From Candidatus Binatia bacterium (GTDB taxonomy: Bacteria; Desulfobacterota; Binatia; UBA9968), in the NCBI GenBank assembly GCA_035455905.1, contig DATIEH010000184.1:1-35642 (forward strand): DNA of 35,642 bases. The letters are read 5' to 3'. Within the stretch, counting starts at the first letter, position 1. Each line of letters starts with the position of its first letter. Of this stretch, positions 1 through 9,993 are shown in pieces. The notes below the pieces were generated by a model. It saw only the letters and a list, made by a program, of their open reading frames with translations, was not told the origin of the DNA and made no database searches. Both the position numbers and the translations under genes were made by a program.

Positions 1-9
1 TTTTTTAGC

Positions 10-2307
10 TCAGCCGCGCTGCCTTCCCGTTACATTCAAACGCCCAGCAACATGCGCTTCTCTCGTCAAAACTCCTAAAAGCTCAATCACTTCAGCGCTG
101 CTCGATACCGCATAGCGTGCAAGGGTGGGTGCAATTCCCACTCGGATCGTTAAGGCTGAGGCGGGCATATTCTTGAAGAGATCTTCATCTGTCGTGTCAT
201 CGCCGATGCCGATAATAAAGTCGTAATCACCGTCATTAAGCCAATTTAATGCCGCGGTTCCTTTGTCGACTCCGGCGCGCCTGATTTCGACTACCTTACT
301 CCCAAGCACGACCTGTAAATCGGTCTTTGCCGTGAGGTGAGTCATATGGTCGACTAGCTCCGGCGCGCGCAGTTCGGCTTGTTCGGGATCTGCCATACGG
401 AAATGCCAGGCGACCGCATCTTCTTTTTCTTCGACAAAAGCTCCCGGCAATCGATCTGCGTATATCTCCAGAATCGGGAGCAAGTCGCGTTTCCAATCGG
501 TGTTGAACGGCTTGGGATGCTGCCAATCTTGTCCAGCAAATTTTATCCATGCACCGTGCTCCGCGACCAAGCCGAGCGGTAAGGAGCCGAACCACTCCTG
601 GAGAGTCTGTCGCTCCCGTCCGCTGGCAATCACCACATTGTTCTTTGGCTGCGCCGCGAGGGTTCTAAGCAGCTCGCGGACTTTTCGATCAGGCTTTGCC
701 ATAGCGGGGTGGCGTACCAGCGGCGTCAAGGTACCGTCATAGTCGAGGAACAACAGCCGCCGCTCACTCGATCGGTACTGATCCAAGATTTCGCGTGTGG
801 CGTCGATGGATAAAAGTTTGGATTCAAGCGGCGTCTGAATCTCGCGCATGCCGACCAGAGAGCTCAAAAAATCGCGCGCCCAGCGCGTTACATCGTATCT
901 TCGTAACCGCCGCTGCATGAGATGGTTGCGCGCTTGTTGCTCATCGGCGGGCGTTTCCAGCGCTTCTTTCAGCGCCGCGGCAATTTCCCTCCGGTCGTTT
1001 GGATTAACGATAATCGCTTCTGGAAGTTCTTTGGCGGAGCCCGCCATCTCGCTGAGAATCAGCATACCGGCGCCATCACCCCTGGTTGCCACATATTCTT
1101 TGGCAACCAAGTTCATGCCGTCGCGTAGCGGCGTGACGAGGCAAACGTCACCGACCGAATAGAGTGCCGCCAATGAGGTGAACGGCACCTGGCGATATTG
1201 ATAGACGACCGGAGTCCAACCGACGCGGCCGAATCGGCCATTGATTTTTCCGACAAGCTCTTCAATCTGGCGTTTCATCAGCTCGTATTGAACCACCCCG
1301 ATCCGTGACGGCACGACAACCATCAGCAGCGCCACTTTGCTGTGGTACTCGGGATTCACTTCCAGAAATAATTCGAAGCCCTCCAGACGGTTCAAAATTC
1401 CTTTTGAATAGTCGAGCCGATCCACGGACAGGATCAGTCGCACACCGCTGAGCATCTCTTTGAGTTCGCGCGCCTCGCGGGCGATATCCTGATCCAGTGA
1501 CGCCGCAGCAAATTTTTGCACGTCAATCCCCATCGGGAATGTGTCGACGCGTGCAACGTGATCCGCGGTCTCGATTTGCCCCATGTGATGCTCGTAACCG
1601 AGAATACGCAACGTGGATTGCAAAAAATGATGCGTGTACTCGTAGGTGTGAAATCCGATCAGATCGGCGCCCAAAATCCCCTCGAGAATGCCGCGACGCC
1701 ACTCTGCTGGCAGCAACCGAAATACCTCGAAAGATGGAAAAGGAATGTGGAGAAAAAAACCTACCGAGAGCTGAGAATGACGAGCTTTGAGCAAACGCGG
1801 CAAAAGCATGAGGTGGTAATCGTGTACCCAAACGATATCGTCAGGTCTCAGGACCGCCTTGAGAGCGTCGGCAAAAAGATTGTTGATCTGTTTGTACTCC
1901 TCCCAAAATCGCGGCTGGTAAACGGTGTACGAGGTAAAGTAGTGAAAGAGAGGCCAAATCGTCGCGTTACAAAAACCCAAATAGAACTGGTCCATCTGTT
2001 CGGCGCTGAGAAATATCGGGTAGGCGCAGCACCGCGAAAAGGATTCCTCGATGACTTGCTGCTGGAGCGAACTGTCGACGCTGCTCCCCGGCCAGCCAAC
2101 CCAAAGATGCTCAAAGGGCAGCGCCGAAGCGTGCTCACGTGATTCCTGAAAAGAAGCCAATCCGGTAACCAGTCCGCCGGCACTCGCCTGAAATTGCAGG
2201 ATGCCGTCGCAGATGGTGAGGGTGAACGGCAGCCGATTAGATACGATCACCAGACGGCGTTCGTTCTGTTTACGCTGAGTTTCGACTTTTTCCTTTGCTA
2301 GCGGCAT
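10..2307 (-). CDS. Bifunctional trehalose-6-phosphate synthase / trehalose-6-phosphate phosphatase (OtsA-OtsB fusion)
   Basis: 765-aa ORF. The N-terminal ~480 aa carries GT20 trehalose-6-P synthase hallmarks (VIVSNRLPF, WVHDYHLMLLP, FFLHIPFP, LVTPLRDGMNLVAKEY). The C-terminal ~250 aa is a HAD-type trehalose phosphatase (LLFLDYDGTL, GIGDDTTDEDLF). Motifs recognised by eye, no search run. Confidence 0.9.
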   Translation of the reverse strand: MPLAKEKVETQRKQNERRLVIVSNRLPFTLTICDGILQFQASAGGLVTGLASFQESREHASALPFEHLWVGWPGSSVDSSLQQQVIEESFSRCCAYPIFLSAEQMDQFYLGFCNATIWPLFHYFTSYTVYQPRFWEEYKQINNLFADALKAVLRPDDIVWVHDYHLMLLPRLLKARHSQLSVGFFLHIPFPSFEVFRLLPAEWRRGILEGILGADLIGFHTYEYTHHFLQSTLRILGYEHHMGQIETADHVARVDTFPMGIDVQKFAAASLDQDIAREARELKEMLSGVRLILSVDRLDYSKGILNRLEGFELFLEVNPEYHSKVALLMVVVPSRIGVVQYELMKRQIEELVGKINGRFGRVGWTPVVYQYRQVPFTSLAALYSVGDVCLVTPLRDGMNLVAKEYVATRGDGAGMLILSEMAGSAKELPEAIIVNPNDRREIAAALKEALETPADEQQARNHLMQRRLRRYDVTRWARDFLSSLVGMREIQTPLESKLLSIDATREILDQYRSSERRLLFLDYDGTLTPLVRHPAMAKPDRKVRELLRTLAAQPKNNVVIASGRERQTLQEWFGSLPLGLVAEHGAWIKFAGQDWQHPKPFNTDWKRDLLPILEIYADRLPGAFVEEKEDAVAWHFRMADPEQAELRAPELVDHMTHLTAKTDLQVVLGSKVVEIRRAGVDKGTAALNWLNDGDYDFIIGIGDDTTDEDLFKNMPASALTIRVGIAPTLARYAVSSSAEVIELLGVLTREAHVAGRLNVTGRQRG

Positions 2308-2498
2308 CGTACTTGTCCGCGCGGAACTAACGGTCGATTAGATGCTACTTTGGATCACGCTAACCTTGCTCAAACAGACTTTAGTGGCCGAGGACCTTTC
2401 AGCGCTGCCAGCAGTTACGTGGCGGCGAAGCTGTGCAAGATTCATTGCCTGACCATGATAGCACTTGAGCCGAACATGTCACACGTGCCGGCGAGAGT

Positions 2499-3059
2499 TC
2501 AAACAGATTTACCGTGCGATTTTAGCAATGTTGAAAATTGCTTGTGCAATTTGTTCAGCTTTGGCGGAATCGAGTACTGGCAATAGGGTTGATAAGGATT
2601 ATTGGCGTAAAATTTTTGGTGGTAATCTTCCGCCGGGTAGAAATCAGTGAACGGCTCCAAACTCGTAACAATTGAATTTTTAAATGTCTTCGCCTCCTCT
2701 AATTCCTTTATGAAGCTCGCAGCCTCGGCTTTTTGTTGGTCGTCAGTAAAAAAGATTGCCGACCGATACTGAGTGCCCACGTCGTTTCCCTGACGATTTA
2801 GAGTCGTGGGATCATGGGTAGCAAAGAACACCGTCATCAAGTCGCGGAATGAAATCTGAGCGGGGTCGAATTCTATCTTGATCGCCTCCGCGTGACCGGT
2901 TTTACCTGAACAAACTTGTTCATAGGTCGGGCTCTTGGTTGTTCCGCCGGCATACCCGGAGACAACGGATTTCACCCCGCGGAGCTCATCGAATACCGCT
3001 TCGGTGCACCAGAAACAGCCGCCCCCGAATACCGCAACCGCAGTTTGCTGATTCGTCAT
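2499..3059 (-). CDS. msrA: Peptide-methionine (S)-S-oxide reductase MsrA
   Basis: 186-aa ORF with the MsrA active-site signature GGGCFWCTEAVF at the N-terminus. Size is typical. Confidence 0.93.
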   Translation of the reverse strand: MTNQQTAVAVFGGGCFWCTEAVFDELRGVKSVVSGYAGGTTKSPTYEQVCSGKTGHAEAIKIEFDPAQISFRDLMTVFFATHDPTTLNRQGNDVGTQYRSAIFFTDDQQKAEAASFIKELEEAKTFKNSIVTSLEPFTDFYPAEDYHQKFYANNPYQPYCQYSIPPKLNKLHKQFSTLLKSHGKSV

Positions 3060-3113
3060 TTGTCCTCCTGGTTAGTTTGATACTTGCTGTCGACGCCGAT
3101 CGACGCCAGCTTC

Positions 3114-3539
3114 TCAGTCCTGCTTGGCCCAGCTGATAATTGCCTGTCTATCGGTGGGCGATAACTTGGCGTCCGGATGGAGTGGCAAATAATACCAAGG
3201 CGGCATTTCGCCGCTTTGCACCTCTTTGACGATTTCTTTTAATTTCCGTCCCCGGCGCTGGTCGTTGTACGTTTCCCAAGTAGAAAAATTGACTTCCCGT
3301 CGTCCTTCCGTGACGTCGTTTGCGAGCAAGAATGATAACGGCGCAATTTTCGAATACCACGGCCAGACAGTTTCATTAGAATGGCAATCATAACAAGCGC
3401 GGCGTAAGACCGCTTCAACATCGGCGGGCGCGCGAAATTTTCCCCGTTCGGCGGGATTGCTCTGCTCCACCGGAAGAAACTGCAGAATAATGAGGAGGAC
3501 AATCACTCCCGCGCCGATCCGTTTGAGCCATTTCTTCAA
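3114..3539 (-). CDS. Small membrane-anchored heme-binding-domain protein (Haem_bd-like, CxxCH)
   Basis: 141-aa ORF with an N-terminal hydrophobic anchor (IGAGVIVLLIILQFL). The c-type heme motif CYDCH is followed by ETVWPWYSKIAPLSFL, typical of the small bacterial heme-binding-domain family. It lies 54 nt upstream of msrA on the same strand. Confidence 0.7.
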   Translation of the reverse strand: MKKWLKRIGAGVIVLLIILQFLPVEQSNPAERGKFRAPADVEAVLRRACYDCHSNETVWPWYSKIAPLSFLLANDVTEGRREVNFSTWETYNDQRRGRKLKEIVKEVQSGEMPPWYYLPLHPDAKLSPTDRQAIISWAKQD

Positions 3540-3709
3540 GGCGTGTACTCTAGTGCATTGCGCCCTCTCGTCCGTTTCGATCCGCGCATCAACGATGCAC
3601 TAACTATAATCCTCATTACTGTCAATATTTTACCGCAGCACGAATTCTTGACTTCCACCTATGAACATGATTTTTCTCTATTTTCTGAGAGAGGATCAGG
3701 AGGATCATC

Positions 3710-5182
3710 ATGGCAAAAATGTTCGTCGCCAGCGCGCCGGTCGATTCCGAGAGCGGGCAAACCACTGAGGTCCGCAATCCGGCCATTGGTGAAATTGTCG
3801 ACACCGTACCCAAAGGGACGATCAACGATGTCCGGCGAGCGATCGATGTCGCGCAATCCGCGCTCAAAAAGTGGTCCACCATGGCTCCAGCCAAGCGCGG
3901 CGCGATTTTGCTCGCTGCTGGCCACACAATTCTTCAACAAGAAAAAGAGCTTGCCACACTTCTGACCAAAGAACAGGGCAAGCCGATGCGTGAGTCGATT
4001 TTGGAAATTCGCCGGTTCGTTCATACCTTGGATCATTACGGCGGCATGGCAAAGACGATGCGCACCAGCGCGGTATTGCTGGATACCGGTCGTCATGGGC
4101 TGGTTCTCCGTAAACCGCTGGGCGTATGCGGATCGATCGTGCCATGGAACTTTCCGGTCTCGCTGATGGGGAACAAACTCGGCCCGGCATTGCTGGCGGG
4201 CAACACGGTAGTCGTCAAACCGGCCGGCACCACTCCCCTGACGGATATTCGCTGCTGTGAGATCATCGACAAGGCGATTCAAGACGGCGGTGGTCCCAAA
4301 GGGGTCTTGAACGTTGTGACAGGGCCGGGAAGCGTCGTGGGTGAAGAGCTTTTGGTCAGTCCGAAGGTCCGCAAAATCGGCTTTACCGGTGCGACGGACA
4401 CCGGCCGCCGAGTGATGCAGTCGGCGGCCAAAGATTTTAAACATGTCACCCTGGAGTTGGGTGGCAGCGACCCAATGATCGTATGTGATGATGCGGATCT
4501 CGATCGGGCGGTCAGCGCCGCTTCCGTCGGCCGGTTTTTCAATTGCGGGCAGGCGTGTTTGGCGGTTAAACGGCTTTATCTCTTCGACAGCATCGCTGAT
4601 GTATTTATGGAGAAGCTTGTCGAAAAAGCGAAAAAGATCACCGTCGGTAACGGCCTCAAACCCGGTGTTTTAATGGGACCGCTCCATACCAAGGAGCAAC
4701 GCCAAGAAGTTGAAGAGCAGGTGGAAGACGCCGTGAAACGCGGCGCAAAAGTTCTTTACGGCGCGACCAGACCCCAAGGCGATGATTACGATAAAGGTTT
4801 TTACCTTCAGCCGACCTTGGTCGCCGATGTGGATCCAGCTTCGCGAATGATCCAAGAAGAAGTTTTTGGTCCGGCATTGCCGATCATTAGGGTAAAAAAT
4901 CTCGATCAGGCGATCGAGCAAGCTAACGGCTCGATCTTCGGCCTCGGCTCCTCGATCTGGACACGCGACATCAATCGGGCAATGTATGGGGCCGAAAATA
5001 TTGAAGCGGGTTACACCTGGGTGAATTCAGCGCAGATCATTTATGACGAGTTGCCCTTCGGGGGCGTCAAACAAAGCGGCCTTGGCAAAGAGCACGGCGA
5101 TGAGGCGATCGAGCATTATACCGATTCGAAATCGGTCGTCATCGCCACCGATGTCCAAGGCGAGATTATCGGAGGAGAATAA
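3710..5182 (+). CDS. NAD(P)-dependent aldehyde dehydrogenase family protein
   Basis: 490-aa ORF with the ALDH catalytic motifs ELGGSDP (Glu) and FFNCGQAC (Cys), plus PWNFP. AGGAGGA Shine-Dalgarno a few nt upstream of the ATG. Confidence 0.9.
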   Translation: MAKMFVASAPVDSESGQTTEVRNPAIGEIVDTVPKGTINDVRRAIDVAQSALKKWSTMAPAKRGAILLAAGHTILQQEKELATLLTKEQGKPMRESILEIRRFVHTLDHYGGMAKTMRTSAVLLDTGRHGLVLRKPLGVCGSIVPWNFPVSLMGNKLGPALLAGNTVVVKPAGTTPLTDIRCCEIIDKAIQDGGGPKGVLNVVTGPGSVVGEELLVSPKVRKIGFTGATDTGRRVMQSAAKDFKHVTLELGGSDPMIVCDDADLDRAVSAASVGRFFNCGQACLAVKRLYLFDSIADVFMEKLVEKAKKITVGNGLKPGVLMGPLHTKEQRQEVEEQVEDAVKRGAKVLYGATRPQGDDYDKGFYLQPTLVADVDPASRMIQEEVFGPALPIIRVKNLDQAIEQANGSIFGLGSSIWTRDINRAMYGAENIEAGYTWVNSAQIIYDELPFGGVKQSGLGKEHGDEAIEHYTDSKSVVIATDVQGEIIGGE

Positions 5183-5228
5183 CCACGCACCTCGAGGCTT
5201 CTGACCCCGAGCCTTCAATCCGCTGTTC

Positions 5229-6770
5229 ATGAAAGTCGATCTCCCCGACGTTTATAATGCCGCCACGACCTTTGTTGATGAAAATATTGCACAAGGTCGC
5301 GGCGGCAAAACCGCCATCTACTACGACGACCAAAAGATCACGTACCAGGAAGTTTTTGAAAAGGTTAACCGCACCGGCAACGCTCTAAGAGATCTCGGCA
5401 TTGAAATCGAAAACCGCGTGCTTTTGATTTTGCCGGATTCGCCGGAGTTTGCCTATAGCTTTTTTGGCGCGATCAAGATCGGCGCTGTAGCAGTGCCGAC
5501 CAATCCCTGGATGTTCGCCAAGGACTACGGGTATTTGATCAACGATAGCCGGGCACGTGCGATTGTCGTACACGAGTCGGTTCTGCCGGAAATCGAGAAG
5601 ATCTGGAACAACACCCCCTTCTTGAAGCGCGTGATAGTTGTCGGCGCGGCGCGTGGAAAGGCGCTTTCATACGCAGAGGTAATTGCCAATGCCTCAGAAA
5701 AGCTCGACGCGGAGAAGACGACCAAGGACGACGTTTGCTTTTGGGGTTACACGTCGGGCAGCACTGGGAGTCCCAAAGGAGCCGTCCACCTGCAGCATGA
5801 CATGATCACGATCACTGACTTGTTCGTCAAGCCGGTGCTGGGAATGAGCGGCCATGACCTCTGCTTCTCGGCGTCGAAAATGTTTTTCTCCTACGGGTTG
5901 GGAAATTCTCTTTATTTTCCTTTCCGCTTCGGTGCGTCGACCGTGCTCTGGCCGGAAAAACCCGACCCCGAAAAGATTTTGCAAGTGGTCGAGAAGTACC
6001 GACCGACATTCTTTTTTTCAGTGCCCACTTTATACGCGCGTTTTTTGCGCGTGCAAAAGAAATACGATCTCCACTCGTTACGGATTTGCCTTTCGTCCGG
6101 TGAGCCCCTGCCGCCGGCGCTGTTCCATCAATGGAAGGACAGCACTGGGCTCGAATTGTTGGACGTTGTCGGCTCCACCGAAGCGGCACACGACTTTCTC
6201 GCCAATCGCCCCGGCCGGGCCAAGGCCGGCAGCAGTGGCGAGGTGACCCCGGCATTCGAAGCTAAAATCGTCGATGACGATGGTAGAGAACTTCCCATTG
6301 GACAAGTCGGTAATCTGATGGTCAAAGGGGATGCCAATTCGCCGTACTATTGGAACAAGCACGAACAAACGAAGCGAACCATGCAGGGTGAATGGCTTAA
6401 GACCGGCGACACCTATTATTGCGACGGCGAAGGTTATTATTGGTATTGCGGGCGTTCTGACGACATGATGAAGGTCGGTGGGCTCTGGGTCTCGCCGATA
6501 GAAATTGAAAACACCTTGATGGAACACCCTGCAGTTCTCGAGTCGGGGGTGATCGGCGATACCGATGCCGACGGCTTATTGAAGCCCAAGGCATTCGTGC
6601 TGCTGAAGAGCGAGTTTAAACCCAGTCCCGAACTTCGCCTCGAATTGCAGAATCATGTAAAGAGCAAATTGGCCCCTTACAAATATCCGCGCTGGGTAGA
6701 GTTCGTCGAGGACTTGCCGAAAACCGTCACCGGAAAAATTCAAAGATTCCGCTTGCGCAGCAGATCCTGA
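5229..6770 (+). CDS. Benzoate/aryl-carboxylate-CoA ligase family (AMP-forming adenylating enzyme)
   Basis: 513-aa ORF with the AMP-binding motif YTSGSTGSPKGAVH, TGDTY...GRSDDMMKVGG, and a C-terminal GKIQRF. N-terminal region and length resemble benzoate / 4-hydroxybenzoate-CoA ligases. The substrate cannot be inferred. Confidence 0.85.
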   Translation: MKVDLPDVYNAATTFVDENIAQGRGGKTAIYYDDQKITYQEVFEKVNRTGNALRDLGIEIENRVLLILPDSPEFAYSFFGAIKIGAVAVPTNPWMFAKDYGYLINDSRARAIVVHESVLPEIEKIWNNTPFLKRVIVVGAARGKALSYAEVIANASEKLDAEKTTKDDVCFWGYTSGSTGSPKGAVHLQHDMITITDLFVKPVLGMSGHDLCFSASKMFFSYGLGNSLYFPFRFGASTVLWPEKPDPEKILQVVEKYRPTFFFSVPTLYARFLRVQKKYDLHSLRICLSSGEPLPPALFHQWKDSTGLELLDVVGSTEAAHDFLANRPGRAKAGSSGEVTPAFEAKIVDDDGRELPIGQVGNLMVKGDANSPYYWNKHEQTKRTMQGEWLKTGDTYYCDGEGYYWYCGRSDDMMKVGGLWVSPIEIENTLMEHPAVLESGVIGDTDADGLLKPKAFVLLKSEFKPSPELRLELQNHVKSKLAPYKYPRWVEFVEDLPKTVTGKIQRFRLRSRS

Positions 6771-6825
6771 TCATTGGCAGCGCGCGATCCAATCATCCGT
6801 CCACGAGATTCCGAAGGAGTGATCA

Positions 6826-7539
6826 ATGGCAGTCAACATCAAAGAGATGAAAGAAAAACTTGCCTACTCGTGCAACATTCTCGCAAATGAAGGTCATTGG
6901 GACAATATTCTCGGCCACGTCTCGGTTCGTATACCCGGCCAAAACCGTATTCTCATGAAGCCGCACAGCTTCGGCTTCGAAGAGATCCGACCGCAGCATC
7001 TTATCGTCGTCGATATTGAAACGGGGAAAAAAGTGGACGGCAAATACGAGCGGCACTCCGAAGTTTTTATTCATACCGAAATCATGAAGGCGCGTCGCGA
7101 TGTGAACTGCGTCGTCCATTCGCACCCACCCTACGCCACCGCTTTTGGCGCGCTTGGGCAAAAACTCCGTCCCATCAGCCACGAAGGGAATATTTTCCAC
7201 GAAGGTTTGCCGACCTTTGATTTCACGACGGCCTTGATTAGAACTCCGGAACTCGGCGTCGAGGTTGCCAAGAGCCTCGGCGATTGCCGCGGCGTGCTGA
7301 TGAAAAACCACGGCTCTACGGTCGTTGGTGAGTCCATTGAAGTCGCAACGCTTTATGCAATCTTCCTGGAAAAAGCAGCGCGCATTCAACTTATGGCTAC
7401 CGCGTCAGGCGATCCGTCCTGGACGAGCGATGAAGAAGCAGCGGTAAAATACGAGCAAATCTACACGCCACACCGGCTCGAATCCATGTGGGATTACTTC
7501 GTTCGCCGGGCGAAGAAGTTCCGCACCGCCTTGCAGTAA
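6826..7539 (+). CDS. Class II aldolase/adducin-family protein
   Basis: 237-aa ORF with GHVSVR and VVHSHPPYATAF (zinc-ligand His region), typical of the class II aldolase/adducin N-terminal domain. GGAG Shine-Dalgarno upstream. Confidence 0.85.
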   Translation: MAVNIKEMKEKLAYSCNILANEGHWDNILGHVSVRIPGQNRILMKPHSFGFEEIRPQHLIVVDIETGKKVDGKYERHSEVFIHTEIMKARRDVNCVVHSHPPYATAFGALGQKLRPISHEGNIFHEGLPTFDFTTALIRTPELGVEVAKSLGDCRGVLMKNHGSTVVGESIEVATLYAIFLEKAARIQLMATASGDPSWTSDEEAAVKYEQIYTPHRLESMWDYFVRRAKKFRTALQ

Positions 7540-7758
7540 AAGAAGCGGGTTGGTGTTTTCAGATTTCCGCAGCGCAGCTTGCATCGACTACCTCCCAGTT
7601 ACCTTCTCGCAACTATTCGATTTACCCCTGGCGGCGGCAACAATGGTCCGAGTCCGTTGGCGAACCTATGGCAAAGGTAGTTCCGCACTTTCGGGGTTTG
7701 CCCGGCAAGAAGGGAAGGGATATGGTTCCCATCAATTCCAGAAACGGGAGGCTCGACC

Positions 7759-8817
7759 ATGGCTGAAACAAATCCAAACTATGCGACTCCGAGCGCAATT
7801 CGATCCGTGACCTCTTATCCTGCCCGCCGCGGCTTTAAGCAAGGACCAGTGGACCCCTCGATTGATTATGTACTCGGCGTCGAAGACGCCATCGATATTC
7901 ACTGCCACGCGCACGAAGGACAGCAAGACGCGCTCGGTGTCGCGAAGTTGGCGTCAAAGAGCCGCATGAAAGGCATTCTCTATAAAACAATTGTCGGCAG
8001 AAAGGATCCCGCCGGAACCGTCGCCGGAGTGCGGAGCGCGCTGGAGTCGTGGTGCACCGAAAGAAACTTAGCCCCAGCGCAGGTTTGGCCGGGAAGCTCT
8101 GTCACTCAAGGTTTTCTCTCGAAAATCGAACCTGCGTGGTCGGCTAAAATGCTCAAGGCGGGTGTCGTTGGCCTCTGGATGCCGAACAACACTTCGGCGA
8201 ATACGCTCTCGATTGTTGGCGGTAAGCCGAGCGCCTGGGACAAAAACGCCGATCCCAATGCACACACCGAACCTCTACCCTGGTCCGATGCGCTCAAATA
8301 TGGCCATTATTTGCTCGACGATAAGGGCCGGCTTTTACCCGAGATCGAAGAAATTTTTCGTCTGGCTCACGAGCACAACGCGGCGATCTTCTTTGGCCAT
8401 CCGACTAAACCCGAGTTTCGCGCTCTAGCGGAATTCAGCCAGAAAATCGGCTTCAAAAAAGGAGTTGTCGATCATCCCTTCAGCCCGTTTGTCAATTTGA
8501 CCATCGAAGAAATGACAGAGGCCGCCGCAGCGGGCTTGTGGCTCAACTTTACGTTCGATGAGTTATCACCACTGCTCGGCATAGACCCCGCCAATATGTA
8601 CAAGGCGATCCGTACAGTGGGCCCCGAGCACTGCACGCTCTCTTCCGACGCCGGTGAGCCGCTATTTCCCAATTCGGTAGAATCGCTCCGCCTCCTGCGC
8701 GGCTACATGTCTGCATTCGGTTGCACGGCTGAGGAAATTTATACCATGTCCACGGCAAATCCTGCTTTCATTGTCGGTTTGGATCTCGCCAAATCAGAGC
8801 GCGCAAGCGCGGCTTAA
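7759..8817 (+). CDS. Metal-dependent TIM-barrel hydrolase-like protein (amidohydrolase superfamily-like, uncharacterised family)
   Basis: 352-aa ORF. The N-terminal DIHCHAHEG contains an HxH metal-binding motif as in amidohydrolase-fold proteins. GGGAGG Shine-Dalgarno upstream. Preceded by a 219-nt non-coding leader. Function unknown. Confidence 0.5.
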   Translation: MAETNPNYATPSAIRSVTSYPARRGFKQGPVDPSIDYVLGVEDAIDIHCHAHEGQQDALGVAKLASKSRMKGILYKTIVGRKDPAGTVAGVRSALESWCTERNLAPAQVWPGSSVTQGFLSKIEPAWSAKMLKAGVVGLWMPNNTSANTLSIVGGKPSAWDKNADPNAHTEPLPWSDALKYGHYLLDDKGRLLPEIEEIFRLAHEHNAAIFFGHPTKPEFRALAEFSQKIGFKKGVVDHPFSPFVNLTIEEMTEAAAAGLWLNFTFDELSPLLGIDPANMYKAIRTVGPEHCTLSSDAGEPLFPNSVESLRLLRGYMSAFGCTAEEIYTMSTANPAFIVGLDLAKSERASAA

Positions 8818-8852
8818 CGGCTGGATCTTCAAACACAAGCGCTCGCGCTGAT

Positions 8853-8887
8853 AAAAAAGCGCCGATGATTTCCTCATCGGCGCTTTT
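8853..8887. terminator. Bidirectional intrinsic terminator between convergent genes
   Basis: Perfect 10-bp stem GCGCCGATGA (8859-8868) / TCATCGGCGC (8874-8883), loop TTTCC. An A6 tract lies on the left and T4 on the right, so it reads as hairpin plus U-tract on both strands. Confidence 0.75.
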
Positions 8888-8908
8888 GCGTTTCGGGGTT
8901 TTACAGCA

Positions 8909-9880
8909 TTACTTGCCGCCAGTTTTTTTATCGAGTTCGGCAACAAACCGCATCTCTAGAAAATCGTCGGCCTTCACACTTCTTGCAGATGGATCCTTTT
9001 CCGCGATATCCGCAAGCACAGCCTCCATTCCTTTTCGGCTGACGTAGGGCGGATATTCTAGGTATTCACGAAATTGATTGTAGGTATCCTCGGCGATGTC
9101 GGGTTCTTTTACCTTAAGCTGATTTTGGATCATTTTGAGGGCTGCCGACTTGTTGGTCTTAAACGTCTGCACGCCTTCGGCGTAGGCGCGCACCACACGG
9201 CGAACGCTTTCTTCGTTATTCCGTATGTAGCTCCGGCTTGTTCCTATTGCTACCGATACAAACTCCGGACCTTCCTTAGCCACGTTCATGAGCTCGATAA
9301 ATCCGGCTTTTTTGGCTCTCGCGTTGGTTGGCGGCGACACCACGCCGGCGTCGATCTGGCCCGCCGAGAGGGCCGTGAAGATATTTGGCACTTCAAGCAA
9401 TGGCAGCAGTTGATAATCAGCTGGACGCAAGCCCGCGGATCCAAGAGCATAGAGCGCTGAGGTGTGAGTGGACGATCCGACCCGTGTGATACCGATTTTT
9501 TTGCCCTTCAAATCGACGATGCGCTTGATGTCGGGTTTCGCCATGAGCGAGAAAACTTGTCGATTTGTCGCTCCCGCGACCAGAGCTAAATTTGCACCTT
9601 TTAAGTTTGCCTGCGCGGCATTCGATCCATCCATAAATGAGAAGGCAATTTCACCGGCTAGGATCGCCTGAATACCTCTCGAGCTGGAAGGAATGTGAAT
9701 CAGCTCAACATCCAGGCCATATTTTTTGAACAGCTTTTCCTGAGCTGCCATGAATATTCCGCTTTGTGCGCCCGTTACCGCTGTCCAATTGATACGCACA
9801 GGGTTTTGCGCCCAAACCGCTCCGGAGAATAAGGCAAGAAAAAATATTCCTGTCACCAGTTGTGAGACACGTTGTGCCAT
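8909..9880 (-). CDS. Periplasmic substrate-binding protein, NMT1/THI5-like (NitT/TauT-type ABC binding component), no cognate permease or ATPase nearby
   Basis: 323-aa ORF with a Sec signal peptide (LVTGIFFLALFSGAVWA|QNP). The mature part resembles NMT1/SsuA-type binding proteins (DLKGKKIGITRVGSSTH). Confidence 0.8.
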   Translation of the reverse strand: MAQRVSQLVTGIFFLALFSGAVWAQNPVRINWTAVTGAQSGIFMAAQEKLFKKYGLDVELIHIPSSSRGIQAILAGEIAFSFMDGSNAAQANLKGANLALVAGATNRQVFSLMAKPDIKRIVDLKGKKIGITRVGSSTHTSALYALGSAGLRPADYQLLPLLEVPNIFTALSAGQIDAGVVSPPTNARAKKAGFIELMNVAKEGPEFVSVAIGTSRSYIRNNEESVRRVVRAYAEGVQTFKTNKSAALKMIQNQLKVKEPDIAEDTYNQFREYLEYPPYVSRKGMEAVLADIAEKDPSARSVKADDFLEMRFVAELDKKTGGK

Positions 9881-9993
9881 ACTGACTCCTTTATTCGACG
9901 GCGCTTCACATTCATAAGCCTGCAGAAGCCTACCAATTCATCCGGTTAATTCAACGGGTTGGTTTGACTACCGAACCGTGCTAAGGACAGCCC

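Noticed and set aside
3659-4444. Long antisense ORFs embedded in well-supported genes (3659-4444, 1516-2142, 6823-7389, 12038-12571, 14236-14700, 21567-21995 and others)
   Set aside because: Each lies opposite or out of frame to a gene with clear family motifs. The translations are Arg/Pro/Ser/Gly-rich with no motifs, the usual shadow ORFs of moderately GC-rich coding DNA.
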